From contig JBHGNT010000017.1 in assembly GCA_043228905.1 (NCBI GenBank), positions 6,448,001 to 6,512,000 of the forward strand: a DNA stretch of 64,000 nt, written 5' to 3'. The translations under genes were made by a program, and so were the position numbers. The stretch's first letter is position 1. The number at the start of each line of letters is the position of its first letter. Under the pieces are notes generated by a model. That model saw only the letters and a program-made list of their open reading frames with translations. It searched no databases and was not told the DNA's origin. The stretch is from Azolla caroliniana. Taxonomy: Eukaryota; Plantae; Polypodiophyta. This document shows positions 60,511-64,000 of the stretch, piece after piece.

Positions 60511-63500
60511 TGTTACCGGCCGGCAAAGGAGTCCAGAGTGGGAAACGGAGAGCTAATTAAGTAGTAGGAATGTGGTTGTAATTAAGCTATGAGTGTGGAC
60601 GGACGGACCGGAATCGGTATGCCGTTCCGGATCCGGACCGATCCCAAACAGGTGCGGATGGCACCGCTTTGTAATACAGACCGGAAACCTATTTAAAGGG
60701 CCCGGATACAATGTAATAGTTAGCGGTTAATTAATGAAAGCTTAAGTGTTGTTATATCTCTGTGTCAATTGCCGTTCTGTCTTAATTGTTATATCTTACG
60801 CGTGTTATGAAGACGATCCTAATAAGTAACTTGATTAAGTCGGATTAAGAGTTGAAGTCTAATCCGGTTGCCGTAACACCCTTTGGTGAAGTGTCTCCCG
60901 TAGACACCCTGTGTTAGGCCATTGTCCGGCCCGAAGAGTTAACACAGTTTTTGGCGACCACGATTCCTGTTTTTGCAGCGAACGACGGCACGGATGGATG
61001 TCTAGATCAACGCACGACCTGGTTACAGATCGAACTCGACGCCTTGCCGAAAGGCAGAGGAGACGCGAGGCTTTCCAGCAAGCGGCACAGGAATTTAGAG
61101 CGGATCGCTCGTTTTCCAACGTAATCCGGAGAGTAGCGGAGGACTCCCACTGGTTACAGCAAACATCGCACCCGGACGACGGCAGCAGCCTAAGCAGCCT
61201 CCGGGAAACCGAATCCCTTCTCCACGCGTTGGCAAACGGAGAAGGCGAAGCAGAGGCCTTTTCAGCATATGAATCGGACTCCGAAGGGGAATACAGCGTG
61301 CACACGAACTACCATAGCAGCAACGAAACCCCGGGCGGACCGGAGGAAGAAGGATCGGATACCTTACCGACACCGGAACCGGAACCGGAAGTGCTAACGC
61401 TGGAACCCCCGGAACCAGCAGAAGAAGAACGACCTCCGCCACCGGAAGTCGAGGAGGAGAGGCCTCCGTCACACAACGGAAGAGAAACAACCGACACCGG
61501 AATCAAATCGGGAAAGACCACTGACACCGGAGAAAATTCCGGAACGAGCACCAACACTACCAGCCCGCGCACCGATACTGGACGACGACATGTCGTTCCA
61601 GTACTCCAAGTATAGAGATGATCCGGACGCGGAAGCTCATGTGCACGCATTTGAACAGACATGGGAAGCCAACCATGTGTCCCAGCGACTGACACCGGAG
61701 GAAGAAGAACGCTCTAAGATAGCAGAGTTTGGCGTCACATTGGAGGGACCGGCAGCAAGATGGCGCCGGACGCAGGACCCGTCTACCATCAACACCTTTG
61801 CAGATTTAAAAGCTAAATTCATGCATTTTTTTCAAAAGGAGGTGGACCAGACCGTAATGGTAGGCTTATTTTATACTATCCGGCAAGAGGCAGGGGAGAG
61901 CATTCCCCAATTTGTCATCCGGTTTCAACGGATGCATAGTCAGCTTACCCGTGCACCCCCGGAGGAGGAATTACAGACGATATTCCTAAACGCGCTCCGG
62001 GAACCCCTACGCACGGTTTGCACGGTAATCGATTTCCGTACAAGTACCATCGACCAGGTCATTGACCGGGTGAAAGAGATGGAAAAGACAAGCTCCTGGC
62101 TCACACTGGGCGCACTTCAACGGGCATTACCGTCCGATGAAGACCTCCGGTTTCGGCAAGCAATACAGTGCACAATCTGCTTGAATTCCGGACACTCAGC
62201 TCTAGAATGCACTATGAGGACGCAATGTGTAATCTTTCAGTCCAAGAGCCATACGACGGATAGGTGCGAGTATAATCTGTTGACTCGGCAAGCACCGCCC
62301 ATCCGACAAATTGAGCCATGCAGCAGCCGGGACGAAGAAGACGAACGCTGGCGGCGAATGGACCGTGACCGACCGGCACAGGATGTCCGGTATGGCAAGC
62401 GACGGGAAAATGAGGTCCAGTATGGCGAGCGACGGGAAAATAATGTCCGGTATGGTGAGCGACGGGAAAATGATGTCCGGTACGGTGATCGGCAAGATAA
62501 CTATGACCGGCATGATCGGCACCAGGATTACAATAGACGATACGAACAGTACGACCGGGAGCACTCCCCCGGGTATTGTCAGCAACGGGAGGAATATGGC
62601 TGATATAACGGGCAAACCCGTCAAGAGTACCGTAATAAGAAGAGCTTTAACAAAAAACGGCATTTTAAAAAAGGCGGCTACCCCCGGGATCCGGAACAAG
62701 GCGCTCCAAGTAGCCAACCGGTACAAAACCCCGCGCGTACCGTAGGACCTACCCCGGGTACAACAGACAATGCCGAATCTAGCAATGCCCGGAAAGCCTA
62801 CTACTACTACTGCAGACAGGAAGGCCATTATAGTAACCAATGCCCGGTGAAGAGCTATGAAAAACGACCGGCGGTAAATATGGTAGTCCCTGAGGTGGCA
62901 GACCTGCAGCAGGTGACCACAAGATCGAAGGGCGTGGCCAAACAATGGGAGACACAGGAGACCATCCGCAAACAAGCAACGAAATGGGTAAAGAAAGCAA
63001 ACGAGCAGAATGTCACAGACTTACAGCAGCAAAAGGAGAACACCGCAGGGCTTGTCGGCGATAGTCACTCCGAGAACAAGACATGGCAAGCGTGGCAAGA
63101 ATGCCAGATTACGTTACCACTAGGAAGACTCCTACAACTCGTGCCTAGATTCACGGAAGGACTGAAGACGGCCATGACGGCAGGAGAACCATCACCGGCA
63201 CCGGTACTCTTCTCGAATCCGGAGGAGGGACCAACAGTGGTAGACACCAGCAGTCTGGTAATCACGGCCATTGTAAAAGGGAAAGAACTCCCCGGCATAG
63301 TTATAGACGGAGGCTCTGGGGTAAATGTAATAAGCCTCCGGACGTGTGAGGACCTAGGAATCCACGAGTGGGAGCCGTGTCCGTTCTGGTTGCGGATGGC
63401 CGATACAAGCTCAGTGCGGCCGACAGGATTAATACGGAAATTAGAAGTCACCGTCGGCGGGCATACATTTCACATCTCGGCCGTAGTGCTACAATTACAG

Positions 63501-64000
63501 GCACAAGGCGCATACCCACTATTGTTGGGGCGGCCATGGTTGAAAACGGCACATATCAAACAGAATTGGCGGAAAAATATAATTACCTTCCGGCGAGGAA
63601 AAGCCAAGGTACGGGTACCAACACAGCCAAGGATGAGCACTGGCAAGGAATGTACACCGTTGTATGCGGAATGCGTCAACATGCTCGAAGGGTTAGCGGA
63701 CGAAGAAGAAGCTCAATACCTGCAGGAAAACCCGAAGATCATACCCCTCTTCGAAATTGACATTTCCGAAGCCGTAGCACCGTATTTACCGCAACCGGAA
63801 GAGGCGGAAGCAGAACCGGATAAAGACGCAATCCGGGAGTTACGGCAAGCGCAGGAAGCGTTGGAACGGGAAATGGCCGTTTCACAGTGCGTAAAAGCAT
63901 CGCAACTGGAAGAGGTGAATTTAGGCACCATGGACGAAGCAAAACCGGTGCACATCGCCAAGGAGATGAAGTCCGAAGACAAAACGGCGATGATAACACT
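60511..64000 (+). mobile_element. Gypsy element I nested in the gag of H: 5' LTR ~60511-60946, PBS-like TGGCGACCAC 60952-60961, gag, protease; continues beyond window
   Basis: TGTTACC start truncates H gag; gag (DAEAHVHAFEQTWEANH), CCHC motifs (CTICLNSGHSALEC; YCRQEGHYSNQC), protease IDGGSGVNVIS ~63300; frameshifts and stops present. Confidence 0.9.
62382..62492 (+). repeat. In-frame 30-bp tandem repeat in gag of Gypsy I (VRYGERREND-like, ~3.7 copies)
   Basis: GTCCGGTATGGCGAGCGACGGGAAAATGAT-like units. Confidence 0.9.

Noticed and set aside
60911-61615. Separate extra ORF upstream of gag in Gypsy I
   Set aside because: Composition suggests the Pro/Glu-rich N-terminus of Gag split by a frameshift near 61470; no evidence for an independent gene.
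62382-62492. CRISPR-like 30-bp repeats
   Set aside because: No spacers; in-frame coding repeat inside gag.

Overview
Eukaryotic (land-plant, tentatively non-seed/fern-like) repeat-rich DNA that is almost entirely nested retrotransposons. In order: 3' half of a decayed Copia (1-3853) inserted in a decayed non-chromovirus Gypsy (3854-~13727), which also hosts an ORF-intact Tnt1/Tork-like Copia (6501-11948, TSD CGCTG); a 5'-truncated LINE with 16-bp TSD; a decayed Copia (14907-~39490) split by a 19.8-kb head-to-tail array of three Gypsy units sharing four LTRs (17237-36992, period 6882 bp, one 4-bp TSD GCGG); a full-length decayed Copia (40284-45717, TSD ACCCT) in what looks like the intron of a GABA-transporter (GAT-like) gene whose last exon is duplicated around a 9.6-kb composite insert; and three nested Gypsy elements at the right end. 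Most notable: (1) a spliced, pseudogenised gene encoding a ParB-like domain fused to a beta-class DNA amino-methyltransferase (53179-55850, minus); (2) a tRNA-type Pol III A/B-box module conserved in the LTRs of two diverged members of the arrayed Gypsy family; (3) a conserved G-GAU-UUU slippery site plus pseudoknot placing a -1 frameshift between protease and RT in that family; (4) a conserved hairpin enclosing the PPT/LTR junction in two Copia elements; (5) a TIR mini-element with TG..CA-like ends and a 5-bp TSD. All calls come from manual reading; no database searches were run.
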